A stretch of 63,220 nt of DNA, the filler included, from Phoronis australis (lineage: Eukaryota > Animalia > Phoronida): the NCBI GenBank assembly GCA_002633005.1. It is 10 parts of 10 records of this genome, joined end to end, with 100 filler letters (N's around TTAATTAATTAA, not from the genome) between each part and the next. Parts side by side here need not be neighbours in the genome. Positions count along the whole stretch, not along the records: positions 27,294 to 37,659 come from NMRA01001757.1; positions 37,760 to 53,583 come from NMRA01000069.1; positions 53,684 to 56,295 come from NMRA01003557.1; 7 more parts are not named here. One strand, written 5' to 3'. The position numbers and the translations under genes are program-made. Of the stretch, positions 37,188-56,395 are shown in pieces; position 1 is the first letter of the stretch; the number at the start of each line of letters is the position of its first letter. The notes under the pieces are model-generated. The model worked only from the letters and a program-made list of their open reading frames with translations. It was not told the origin of the DNA and did not search any database.

Positions 37188-37659
37188 TTGAAGCAACCGA
37201 AAATGTCCTGATCACTGAGACACGGCTAATTGCTTATTGAAGTACAAAATGGTACCCTCATTGACCAGATAAACCCAAACCTAAGTACTGATGTATCTAA
37301 TCACCTCAGTTAGAATTGGCTGTTGTTCTATTCATTTACTCGGCTTCTATTCAAAATTTTATCTGAGATAACCTCAGTTTCTCGTCTTGATGGAAAATTT
37401 ACCCTAGACTTTTTATACGTTATTTACATTTCACAATGACGAATGATGACAATGATTGACTTGGCACAATTTAAAGAAATACTGTACTGCGAAAGCAATT
37501 TAATGCCAAATAGTGTATAGCTCTAACCAACATTGGTTCCTAGCTCTAACGAATGCAATTCCTACGTGTTCAACAACTTCCTAGCAACAATCAGGTACAA
37601 TGGCGGTTCGTGACGTCATCAGGTCTTGTTTTTGTTACTAGCCCGCTATTGAATCGCAT

Positions 37660-37759
37660 NNNNNNNNNNNNNNNNNNNNNNNNNNNNNNNNNNNNNNNNN
37701 NNNTTAATTAATTAANNNNNNNNNNNNNNNNNNNNNNNNNNNNNNNNNNNNNNNNNNNN
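37660..37759. other. Artificial contig linker
   Basis: 44 N + TTAATTAATTAA + 44 N. Confidence 0.97.
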
Positions 37760-38260
37760 ACTGGTGAATGGGGTGGGGAGGGGGGGTAATGCGGCGTTGG
37801 AATCATGGACGCCCTGGAATATTGGGAACCCCATTTTGGACACCCTATGTTCGAAATCCTAGATGAAGCCCTGCTCCTAAGGTGTTTCTCTATGCGCAAA
37901 AGGTATTTATAACAACGTGACTTTGATGTTTTAGCCAGTGCGTGGCATAATTCGCCGAAAAGCTTCCGGTGTATGGAGCGCCTATAGGAGCTGCATCGCC
38001 TCTGGTCGGGCCAACAGAGGCGATGGTCATTGCCTAAGGCATCCTCAGCTTCTGATCGTCCCCAATACACTACATATAATACTACAAGGTATGACACTCT
38101 GGGCTAGAAATTCCACAGCTGCTTCGATTCAGCTGTCCATATCAAACACATAACTCAGTAAAGTTACACAAAACAGGGGTGCAACAGGTTGCTTTTAAAA
38201 TGCTCATCAAACGCTTGTGTTCTCCAGCATCATTCAGTGTCACGCATGTTCTTCTTGCAG

Positions 38261-44397
<6,137 letters not shown>

Positions 44398-44474
44398 CAC
44401 TGCAGATTCTGATCATGATATCTTAACTCCGCCTCCTTTGCGTTTACCGTTGATGTTGTTAATGTGCTCTTGTC

Positions 44475-44480
44475 AATAAA
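44475..44480 (+). promoter_or_regulatory. Polyadenylation signal of EMC3
   Basis: AATAAA ~80 nt after the stop, followed by GT/T-rich sequence. Confidence 0.6.
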
Positions 44481-44638
44481 ATGTTGATAAATTGGTGATT
44501 GTTTTTCATGCCATTAGACTGCAGTACTTTTAATGTTAGAATTTTAGCTATCGACAATGACAAAAAAGAGGAAAATTTTCTAGGTGATATGTCATTCCAC
44601 AAATAGGCTTGTGTTTTAGAAATATTTTTTGTATTAAT

Positions 44639-45176
44639 CAGGGCTTGGAATGACCAATGACAAAAAACGCAGAAACTTTGAATCTTTTACGGCCCAAATC
44701 ATGCCCGATAACCAGCCTTGAAATGGTCAATGTGAACCTTTTCCCCGACAAAAAAAAACGTTACCACCATCAGTAGCATGCGTCTGAGTCCTTTTAGCTC
44801 GCCCGTCCACTCCTGACCCACACATTTTTGGCCGCAGAGCAGTAGTATTTGTCGCCGCGCTTAACAATAACACGAGACGCCATTGAAAATCCCACCACGC
44901 TGTCCCAGATGCCCCGGCAATGTTGACAATTTACGTTCCTCCGAAACATAAAGAGCAACTTCCGCTTTTCGAGGTGAACGTCGTCTGCAACGCCGCGGTA
45001 AATATATTATGAGTGACGTCATTTGCGATAAACCCAAGCGCCTGTGGCGGTAAGAAAGGAATTTGGCGCGGAAATTTTATATCAAATCCGATTTTTTTAC
45101 GCGGAAATATAAAAAAAGCGGAAAGCACATTTGAAAAAGCGGAAATCCGCGTTTCCGCAGAAAATTCCAAGCCCTG
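44639..45176. mobile_element. 538-bp hAT-like MITE
   Basis: TIRs CAGGGCTTGGAAT ... ATTCCAAGCCCTG, flanked by ATTAAT on both sides; a solo end also occurs at 39183. Confidence 0.65.
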
Positions 45177-48100
45177 ATTAATTGTATTAATCTTTCAACT
45201 GGAAGGAATGTTTTTGCATGAATCAAACCAAAAGAATGAAAAAAAGAGGAAATCAAATGAGAGAAATCGAAACCAAAACAGAAAAATCCTCTTGAAAGAG
45301 GTGACAAAGCCATTCTGTAATTAGATTGATTTCTACTTCCCTGGTAGTTCCTAAAACGAATCAATTTTGCTGAAAAACTATTTGGTGTTACTTTTTCCAT
45401 GCAACGTACATGGCTTTTGAATCTATATTCTCCAGTGTAACAATAAAACTTAGTACTAAGGTGTGTCAAAAATTGACTATAGCTAGTCAGAGTAAAAATA
45501 CAGAAAGATCAAAGAAGAAGAGTAACACATCTTACAAATAACTTTTTAATTAGCAATAATAACATGATATTCATCAAGTTCAAAGCAAGCTGTACATGAT
45601 TTTTATACACAAAATAATATATACAATAACATGATTGACCAGTATCATAACGTGTCTAGACCAGTTTCATAGATGTTACCTACACAGCCGATGAGGATGC
45701 CTCTATGAACAGAATGCCCTCTTCAGGACAATCTAACTAGGTGAAAGCATGCTAGCATACTTTTGCCATTAGGATCCGAGACTTCCACTCTTGGCAATCA
45801 AAGCTTAATTTTGCTCTTCTTAGTCGGCTAAAAAACTGTTGGACCCTTTACCCTCATAAAAGTAAAAGGTCTTCATTTGATTTTCATTGTTTATCCAACT
45901 GAGCTGAGCAAAAGGCAGCTTTAACCAATGACTTAAGACATTACCTGAAATTAGAAAGACTACCTGTGCTATGTGATTGTTTAATTTTCGAGTCCCAGTT
46001 TCGAGTAAAATTAGGCAGTCCAGACCCTTGGATTGACTCTTAATAAAAACTGCTATCATTTCTTATGTTGACTTGACCCCCGAACAGCTAACAGGCCAGT
46101 TCTTTAGTTCAGTTTGACGACATAATTTCTTCAACGTTACTGCTCTCATGTCCATGTACATGTGCGACATCGAAAATATTGCTCCACAAATTAACCATGT
46201 GTGCCAAGCAGCCATTACCCCAACGTGACTTTTCAACAAGAGTAATGAATAAAAACCAATAGGCTTCACCGAAATGCTGTCGTTGCCACTGCACAGGAAA
46301 TGATGGTTCAGTGAAAACCCAGTTCCAGCGTGCCATTACTGCCAACCTCCAAGCCCCGCCATGGTGTTTATAGGTTAATTAAGAGGAACATTCTACATTA
46401 ATGCTCCCAAACAACCAACAACGCAGTTCCCAAAACTTATGTCTTGAAACAAAGAGTATCAAATCAACATGGGGTACCATACTATGCAACTGGTCCAGAA
46501 AATAAAAACAAAATTATAAATTCAGCCCCGTGGAATGAGAAAGCCAAGTGAAATGTCCAACAATTCATCAATTGTGACAGGTTGAGCAAAATAACAAACA
46601 TGGCTGCTATTCCAGACATGCAGCTCTCTTAAAATTCTACATTAAAACAAACTTCTATGCAATACACCTTATTCACGCAGTCGCCATATTACAAAGAGCC
46701 TCCTTTTAGGTTTTAAAAACAATGCACTCGGCGCTTAATCACAGTGCATAACAGGTATTTTTTGTCTTGGTATATTTATGTCTCAAATGCCAGGTTTTTA
46801 CACATAAAGAGACGCATTTTAAAATGGAGACTGCGTGAATAAGTTACATCAAGGGCATGTTTTTTAGACACAAGGACAATTCAACACACTTTACACACAA
46901 CCTACTCTATGACCAGAGATTTAACGCCAATCTGATTAATTTGACTTCGTTCGTATGGTCCCCGAACAAAAACATTGTAGACGCATAAGACTGATCTACT
47001 ATTTTACGGTAAAATGTCACCAACTTATGACACAGCATGGCAGATAAGTGGAATTCTTATTTTTCTCATTCTTTCCCACGAAACACACGCTGCACCAAAT
47101 TAAAGAATCTGACATATTTGCAGGCTCCTAAACATGCTAATGTATAGCAGTAACTGATCAACACAAAACTCATTCATAAAAGCATTTGGCAATTTTCAAC
47201 CTACTTCCTCATTGCTCTATGTGGTGTTTCTAGCTATTTTGAACCAGCAATCGCAGAGATAAGGAATCAGTGAGCAAGTTCCATTTTTATGCTTTTTCAT
47301 GTTCAAAGCTAAACAACCCATGTAACTACCATAAGACTATGTTAAAGCATTTGAAAAATGAAGGAAAATTTCCATCTTATTTTTGTCCAAAATTGGTGAG
47401 ATTTTACCACAGTCCCGGGTGAGCCCTTCTAAGAACTTAAAGCCTCTATAGACCTCCATTCTGTCGAAGGAACTAACTTTTAATTTAGACTATTTACCTC
47501 TTTCAAAGAAATCCTTGGTCAAACGAGAAGTAAGATCTGGGTTTGCAAAGAACTGTCCGTATGTTATTCATTGAGACCACGATTGGCGCATCAATTAACT
47601 TGTCATTAGACGCCAACTTATATCACCTGGTCTCTAGCTGTAACAAACTGTCACTTGCTGTGAAACCCTGAAATCACCTCCAAACTGACAAAGGAATTTT
47701 TCTGACCTCTTTCATAAAGGTAAGGGGTCGAATACAAATGTTGTTATTGCATTGGAAGGCAGGTTCATTACTGCTTCAAGTGTCTGAAATGGGACACAAG
47801 TGAAAAAGAATTTTTCTGATAAAAGGCTCGGTTACAACACCTTCAATCAGCTCAATTCATGTTGTGCAATGTACAGTCATTTAGTAACTAGGTAAGTACA
47901 TTAAACATAATGAGCATAACCAGAAGGAAGCATAATAAACAAATATCCATCACATCAATCCAGGTTTATGGAAGAAAAAATTGCACAAATGCCCTTACTT
48001 AAAGCCTGTCATAAATTTCTCCAAAATAATATTACAGGTTCCCCTTTTAAGCGTATGCACCCATTGCTGTGAGTTGCACTTTTCTTTCTCGTCAAGTTGA

Positions 48101-49084
48101 TATGGAATTTCTTGCAAGAGACAGTGTGAGTGCAAAAATCATAACACCTGGCAAACCGTTTCAGGCCACTTAAAAATCTTTTCTCATAACAACTAATAAC
48201 AATTATCACTTCAAACCAAATTTTGACTGCATGACATAGATGTGATGAAGCAAGGTTTAGCAAAATCTCGCCAATTCAGGACACAATATGGCTGATGAAT
48301 GAAATTTTATTATTATTGTCACTTTTTCCATGTAACACGTAACACAAATTAAATTAAATGATACTCCATGTTCAAGTTTAGTTACATTACTACTAAACAA
48401 ACAGTTCTGAAAAGTCGTGGGTCATTCAGAACAATATGAGAACCTCTTGAAAATTAAAGTGTCCTGTTTGCAATCATTTCTGTCCAAATTTGGTGAGAGT
48501 ATACTGTATAAAGTAACATTTCACTAAGGGCCTGCCACACCAAGGTAAGATCTCAAAAACTAACAAGAATTGATAAAGTGTTAGATCCCCCCCCCGAGTG
48601 GTGTCATAATGAGACATGTTTTGAGCCAAAGTTCTGCCTCTCCCCAGCCAATTACATTAAAATGTCAAAAGTGGGCTTGGTACATCTGAGAACAAGTTTG
48701 GTATATTGAAGCCTAAAGCTTAAATACCCCTCATTGCTTCAACTCCTAGAGGTAAAATTCTGCCAAAACAACTAAATAATTCACAACAATACACTAACGT
48801 CGCTATGTGCATCAGCTATGTACAGTGAATACAAAGCTCCACAATCCGCCAAAACAGAATTGTTGGAAACAATACGTCTCCACATTAGTACAAAACGATA
48901 CCGAAAAATCACAAAATTTAAAATAAACCATGAAATAGTCTACATGCACTGACACACTGAAAGACAAAGATATTTAAAACTAATATTCAGTAAAGAAAGT
49001 GCAACTGATAATCACGAAACAGAATACATAATCAAGCATCTAAAATGTCATGTACCAAAATATAGTTACCTTTCATACAGCATA

Positions 49085-49136
49085 AGACAAAAGAAATCAG
49101 ACAAAAGAAATCAGACAAAAGAAATCAGACAAAAGA
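49085..49136 (+). repeat. 14-bp tandem repeat (AGACAAAAGAAATC, ~3.7 copies)
   Basis: Directly visible. Confidence 0.9.
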
Positions 49137-50142
49137 CCGTTTAACCATTATGATGATGACAAATTCTGCTAACAACAGAAATGATGCTAAAAATAACTAT
49201 TAAGGAGATGAGGCTAATTACAGATGGCTTAGCCACCTCAGTAACTTTCCTTCATAAGGGAAGACTACTCTGATCATGAATTCGACTTCTGCCCTGCCGT
49301 CATTACTGGGAATTCAAGGCCATTTTGTCAGAATACTTTTGGCTAGTACTGTATTAAGCGTTAACATGTAATTATGAAAGCACAAGTCCATGTTTTTTCC
49401 CAAACAGTTACTCATTCAGACTATGACAACAAATTTTTACTAACCACATCGTTTTCTCAAGTCACCTTGAGGGAAAGACTGCAACAGATTTGACACTAAT
49501 TGATTCTGTTTTTGGACACTTGAAGGGGAAAGCAACGTTTTCATACTACTTTTGCTGAAAATAAAGATCTGCGGTTACCTCGGAGACACATTTTCCGTCA
49601 GTGTGTATTTACTATCTTTGGAACAACAAAAAGTGCCGTTAGCAGCCCAGCAAAAGGTCCGCAGCCTGACTCTGCATTCACAGCTATTGAAAAAACAGGA
49701 TGTCCAAATTGTTACTGAATGCAGTCTGTGGTGGTCATTGGTGACGCAGTTTCCATTTTTGCACGAAATATTACACATCAATGGAACAGCAGTATAAGGA
49801 CACAATGGCAACAAATTTTTCTATAGAAAAATAACACACATTGCAACAGTTATATAACATAAGAAACAGGTATAAAACCATAGTGCAATAAGCTTCTCAC
49901 TAAAACCAACCAAACACTGCTTCTGTCAACAACTTATATTAAAAATATCGATGGAACAACGACGCGACGCTAAAATGTTTTGAAACAATTTCACGGGACC
50001 TTTAACCGGAATGCTTTCGCAAGAAATTTTCAATGCCAGTAGCTCAGACCACCAACAGAACTTTAAAAATACAACTGACCAGCACTATGAAACAAATTGG
50101 GATGGTGTACTTGCACTAAACTTTAGGAACTTGTAAACGAGG

Positions 50143-52251
50143 TCATGACTTTGCCTTTTGAAAAAATACCTGCAAAAGGAGAGAGGTTATGACAACTTAA
50201 TCACCGTGAAAGGAAGACATCAGAGCGGTACATCAAGATCACTTTAACTATCGTTTTTACAACAGCTTGCCCCAACCTCTAGTTGCTAGCTGAGTGAAGA
50301 AGCAGTTATTTAATGGCACACTCCAAAATTTATAAACTAAAAATAAAATAGTGCGGCTTTGTAACAAATCTGACATGCTCCTTCAGATAGATGTGTTGAA
50401 ATTTCATGCTCTTTAAAGTCCCTTCCTGCAGTCTATTACAGTGAGAATGTTTTTTTACTTTGTATTCAATACCTAAATCGGTAGAGATTATCACTCATCC
50501 AGTGGAGGAATGCAGTACAAAAACTACAATTCATTCCTGGACTTACTCGAGAATTAAGAGCAACTGCCAAAGACCTACTACAATGAATTCTAAAGTATAA
50601 GAAATCGGGTAACACCTTTTCCACGTAGATGATATGTTGAGTAGAAGTAAGAAAGTCAGCTGGAAGTAGTAAATAACTGTTTCGTTTTTCAAAGAATTGA
50701 ACATCTGTCCTAAACAAGAAGTGGACTGAGATTTAACTTCTCACATTCACAGGTATTGTTCACACATTCCCGCCGTTTGCCTCAATATGGACACATGCCA
50801 CCAGGTGAAGCAGAAGCTTGAAAAGTCATCAGTGGCCACCAAAATATTCCTTTCAAGTCTCGAAGCAGGAGGGAATTATGACTTTCCGTATCATCGTTCC
50901 CTTTATACGTCATCAGATTGTTTCAACATACAATATTGTATTCAAACAAAATGTAGCACAGATTGGGCAACTAACAATAAAATACGGTAAAATCTCACTA
51001 ATTTTGGACAATTGCCAAAACTGCCATAAAATCAAGGGCTTCTCAAATTGTTGTGAATGCTACGATTTTTCAAAATATTGCCTTACAAGGTACCTCCCAT
51101 ACACAACTTGAACACAGAAAGGCACAGATTTGGTACTATATATCTGTTACAGAAAAGTGAGAAAACAAAATTTCACTTCTCCGTCATAATGCATTCTGAA
51201 TTGACGAGATTTTACCGTAACACCCTTTAAGCGATGGGGGCTACCGTACCTTTAGGAAGTTTTTATATATTTTTATGTCCGACCTCAGGGCTTTCATGTA
51301 GTCCTGTATTGTCTGTGGCGGCACCTGTTGACCAGGCAGGTAATCATTCTGAAGGAAGTTGACAAACTCGTCTCCCTGCAAAATGCAATTTCTAACCTAG
51401 TATCAAGAACTGTGTTTTAATTGATAAGCATATCGAGGTTACAGTGAAAACTAGCATTTCCCTCAAGCTCTGAATTCACTTCACTGGAGTAAGTCAACAA
51501 GGATACTAGGGCCCAGTATGTTTACACAACTGTTAACTCAATCCAGGGTGATGACCCCATCAGAATGCCAGGCCAAAGACAATGCTGTTCTTCAATGAAA
51601 CAATTTGTGGACATGTAGGCATATTTTTGGCAAATATGAGATGATTTTGACTAAAAACAAACCGTTATGGCCGACATAATGTAATTAATAATTATCTTTC
51701 AAAATTAAATGAGTAAAATGCAACAGCTGAAATATCCGAATGCTTAGGCCCATTCCACTCACACACAGCAGATGGCTTATCACTGCTGTAAATCAAACGT
51801 CAAGCTCAATGTAAACACAACCGCTGCATACTTGTAATGAGGCCCGCTGAAGTAACCTACCCTAACTTTCAGACGCAGGACTTCAGACACCGGAATGGGA
51901 AGGAAATCAGAACAGAAATGCTTGCAAATCATTACATAATTACTGAGAAAAATTTTTTACTGCTTAATTAAAATTTGTCGTAAACCCTTTTTCATAATAT
52001 GATAATTAGAAGCTGCACCCATTTCAAATCAATTTGCAAAATTTCACAACACAAATGTTGTCAAGCACACTCTCAAAGTTCACCTACCCTTTTCTCCCTG
52101 ATGGTCTTCAAGCAGGTGGCTGTTTCCCCCAGAGCCAGTATGGTGCGTGCGTCATTGAGGTCAAACGTACTCTTCATCGGAGCCATGAAACAAGCAGGCA
52201 CAATGCTTTTGTAGATGAAGTCGACAAATCCCGACATGCTGTCAGTGCCAC
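50143..52251 (-). CDS. XPOT: Exportin-T (tRNA exportin), last three coding exons
   Basis: Exons 52251-52088, 51375-51250, 50169-50143 splice in frame: GFVDFIYKSIVPACFMAPMKSTFDLNDARTILALGE..KRGDEFVNFLQNDYLP..YKNFLKVFFQKAKS*, matching the metazoan exportin-T C-terminus. Confidence 0.93.
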
Positions 52252-53048
52252 CTGTAGGGAAGGTTGAAAACACCAAGTCATAATTACTTGCTTCTCCTTA
52301 AAATGTTAACCACGACAGCCATTTTTTGCAAAAAGTGTTATTTACTTTGACCACGAATCTTTAGAAATTCCAAACTGAGGACAACTTAGCGTTTCTTTCT
52401 CTCAAGATGCAAAGAATGACGTCACAGATGTTTGATTTACCCTCAAACTAAACAGATGTCAGTTTTAGCAAAAACACCCAGTTTCCAATTTTTCTGATAG
52501 CTGATGTCACATTTGTTCAAAGAAATCTGAGACACGGATGATTCAGTCAGCCCAAGAAAATACAAATTATTGTGTGGAAATTTCATGTGAATCCACTTTG
52601 GCCAACATTTTTGTCTGAAATTGGAAATCTTTTACCGTACCATACGTTCTTCTATGAACACTCCTTTCTTGTTAGCTAATTTTTCTTAAAAGGCACAATC
52701 ACGTGAACCAATAACTGGCAGACAGGAATAAAATCAAAAATCAGATTCTGAAGGCTTTGTTTGTTAAAAAATATATACTTTAATTTACTGAATGCAGGAT
52801 TTTTGGCTAAAAACACAAGACTTGTCAATTAAGACCCATATTACCTTAATTTCTTGGAATTTTTTGAACTGTTGAAGTAACAAGACCACGCACCCAACGG
52901 AATCGTTTATATCCCTTTGTTTTCAGTTGTTGCCACCACAAGTCTGAACCCTTCTGTTGTGACCTTGGGCACAGAATGTTCACATGTCAACCCCCGACTA
53001 AATATTTTTGTAGCTAAAACTGTCTGTCAAGTTACATATAATATACAA

Positions 53049-53175
53049 TTTTAGTCACTCCTTAGACCAACAAGGAAGGTCGAAATACTGAGAATAAATG
53101 CCTGTGGTCATTTTAACATTTTAGTCACTCCTTAGATGACCAAGAAGGTCAAAGTACAGAGAAAAATTGCCCGTG
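53049..53175 (+). repeat. ~70-bp tandem duplication
   Basis: ATTTTAGTCACTCCTTAGA...GAAGGTC occurs twice, 70 bp apart. Confidence 0.7.
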
Positions 53176-53527
53176 ATAGTTTTAAAAAGTTGTCTCCTTT
53201 TGATGTTATATATGAGTGTTGGACGTCTCTAGCTCGAATTAGACAGTGAGACTAGACATGTTGCATGGCAAAAAGAGGCATTATTGCTGAAACTTAAGAG
53301 TGCGTAAAATAGTTCGACGTTCAATGAGACTTGCTTGAAAGTAGGCCTGTTACCAATACACAAAAGTGTGTTGTCATTTGGTAACAGCAGATTACTTGTA
53401 TATCAGATTACAGAGAAGAAAAGTAATTGGCCCAGACAGAGTGCAAAAATACTGATAATCCAAATAGTAAATGAGGGAGTATTTGCAAAGGAAATAGGAA
53501 ACTACTCCAAAAGAGATAAGGCGTGTG

Positions 53528-53529
<2 letters not shown>

Positions 53530-53575
<46 letters not shown>

Positions 53576-53583
53576 TATGTGTG
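53530..53583 (+). repeat. (GT)n microsatellite at contig end
   Basis: Directly visible. Confidence 0.95.
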
Positions 53584-53683
53584 NNNNNNNNNNNNNNNNN
53601 NNNNNNNNNNNNNNNNNNNNNNNNNNNTTAATTAATTAANNNNNNNNNNNNNNNNNNNNNNNNNNNNNNNNNNNNNNNNNNNN
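53584..53683. other. Artificial contig linker
   Basis: 44 N + TTAATTAATTAA + 44 N. Confidence 0.97.
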
Positions 53684-54308
53684 TCAGTAAGAGCATATAT
53701 TTTTAGAAAGTAGAAAGAAAGCATGTAGAATTTGATTTTTGACTTGATACCAATCTGCCATTAATTGGGTCGCGTGACCGTGCCTTTGTAATAAAATTAA
53801 CCAAAAAGAAAGGTACATTCATAGCAAAACCATGGTATCAATAACATGACCAACTTTTGTTTGATATAAATGTTCCAAGATAAAATCTATAAAACGCTGC
53901 TTTCTAATTTATCATTTCATCTTTGTTTTATGCAACTTTTGATTTTTTTTCGTAAAATGTACCGAGTCCCATTATTTGATCGCCCCTTTTGAGAACAATG
54001 TACAAAGGGTAACATCGTTTCATGTGAATCCGATCGGCCATTTATGATGTTCCGAAGCTGGCCAAAATTGGAATTTTTCTTGGGGTCCTACTTAACCTGT
54101 AGCTAAGAAATGTAGCCATGTTGTGCCACATATTGATACTTGATACTGATATTACTTCATGAGGACACTTCCCAACTCCACCCATACACCCATAAGCAAT
54201 TAATACGACACAGTAACTAAAATGAAATAATAAGATCTGTTTGGCTGCAAGACCGAAGACGCTGCACAAGATGGAGTCAGCAACAGTCTAAGAACACCAG
54301 TTTCTCAC

Positions 54309-56262
54309 CCTTGCCACCATCATCACCACCACCAACGGTTTTATCATCCACCGCCTCTGTCTCTAACTCATAGACCGAGGCGGTTTGGTCAACCCACGGA
54401 TGTTCTGTCGTGGTAGCAAGGTCCAGCATGTCTGAATAGTCAGGGCAAACACATTTACATATGCCAGTCAACAGCTGGTTTCAGTTCCACTTGTTTCAGA
54501 GGCCGCCTTATCAAAGGACTGAAGGCGACATTGTAAAATCAAAACTATTTGCTGCCGACGTAAATATGATAGTAGATCCCACTCAAGTTGAAAGCCCACC
54601 ATATAAACCATGTTAATGAATTGTTTGTCAGTAAAACTTCAAGGAACGTGTCAGCTCTGATCGCATTTACGACCATTGACAACATGGACCCCAGACATTT
54701 TGCGTCTTTCCACACAACACTGCTGATCAAAAGCAATCTGTGAATTAGTGTTCCTCAGCTAAATGTTAATCGAAATACAACTAAATTCTAATATTCTAAC
54801 GGTGAAGCAGAACCTAAGATGTTAAAGCAAGTTAAAAATACTGCAGCCATAATAAATGTTAAGCCAAAACGAAAATAAAGTCAATGAATGATTATTTTGA
54901 GTTGACAACCCGATCACATGGCCCAGTTTTAGCCCTTGGTAACAAAAAATTTATTCACAATTGAACAACCCAAGCTAAGAATGTTTGTTGAGAACACCCA
55001 GTCCTTTCAAGCATCACGTGGAGTTTACCTCAGTCTTTTATCAAGCCCAATCATAACTGACATGAATTATAGCCTTAAGCTCCCATTGAACTAAATATTA
55101 AACAAAAATAACATGGCAGTTAATACACTATTTGCAGAAAACTAGTGTGCACATCAGGAAGCAGTTGAACTGTTGCACGCTAGGAATGACCTGAGTAACC
55201 AGTAAAATGGCTGCAGTGTGTTAAATGTATTAACAAAGATAAATGGAGAAAATATGAACCGTGCACTTTTGCAAAGCTCTAGAAATACAAACACGAATGG
55301 CGTCAAACACGAACCTGCTGCACGGTAAATACCGTATTGATTATAATTGAGATATCAATTATCGAATCACAATGCAGAGCCACTTCGATTCGACTACCAA
55401 TACTATTTTTTACCCAAGATGCTGCCACTTCTTGTTGTTATTCAAGCATCCAGGAACACAACAGGTAAATCCGTCGCCAAGTTCCATCACTACGTTTACC
55501 CACGCCACCATTAATGTCTCGGACACAGCAAGGTGGTTACTACAGGCCTTTCCCGCGGCACGTCAGGTCCGCTCCACATCACATATTCCTAGCAAACTGA
55601 GTGAGATTATACGACGCAGTCAACAGTGTCTTACCTTTACTTGTGCTTTTCATAGGTTGAGGTGTTGTTGTTGGCATGATAGTGGTGGTTTTCATAGTTG
55701 TACTAGGGGGAGCTGTTGCCCCGGCTAAAAAACACAGCAACCAATGAAAGACCAGCATATCACAAATGTGTCATCCGAGCACGTTTCGCAACGCAAAATA
55801 TCGCTTGTGACGCACAATGCCAGTAACTTAAACAACCGGACAATCTGTCAACTTAAAAAAACATGAAAGATTAATTTGCTATATCATTTTTTGTTTTGTG
55901 AGTAATTCTGTTCATATGCATCACAGGTCTGTTCTGTAGACTGGTGCGTGATCTTGCCTTTTCATGAGTGTCTTGCGTAAACGGAATGCAGCCCTGACAT
56001 CTATCTACCTACAGGTGAAAGTTCATTAGTCATCATGTATGAAAGGAGAAATGACCAAAATGGATTATGTACCTTTATTTGTCGTAAACCAGAAAGGTTG
56101 GCTAAGAGAGCTATTGCCGTACATGTTCCTGGCCCTCATGTACACTTTGTATGTACTCTCTGGCTGAAGGCCCTCGATGGTGTACTCCTGTTCATAGACT
56201 GGCCCCATCAGGTCAGCATCAGCGGCTATCATTACTTCATACTCGCGGTCAGTCACGTTTCG
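54309..56262 (-). CDS. Internal exons of a cell-surface protein: fibronectin type III domain followed by a Thr/Pro-rich and acidic stalk
   Basis: Exons 56262-56073 (YTIEGLQPESTYKVYMRARNMYGNSSLSQPFWFTT), 55724-55635 (GATAPPSTTMKTTTIMPTTTPQP) and 54431-54309 (DMLDLATTTEHPW..GGGDDGGK); all GT-AG with phase-1 joins. Confidence 0.8.
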
Positions 56263-56295
56263 CTGGAAAATATGACCAGCATGAATTACTGTGGG

Positions 56296-56395
56296 NNNNN
56301 NNNNNNNNNNNNNNNNNNNNNNNNNNNNNNNNNNNNNNNTTAATTAATTAANNNNNNNNNNNNNNNNNNNNNNNNNNNNNNNNNNNNNNNNNNNN
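56296..56395. other. Artificial contig linker
   Basis: 44 N + TTAATTAATTAA + 44 N. Confidence 0.97.

Noticed and set aside
50855-50916. Hammerhead-like motif on the XPOT sense strand (CTGATGA-CGTAT..ATACG-GAAA-GTC..GAC-TT)
   Set aside because: Stems II and III form, but stem I does not, and the stem II first pair is C-G rather than the usual G-C; likely chance. An Infernal hit or in vitro cleavage would overturn this.
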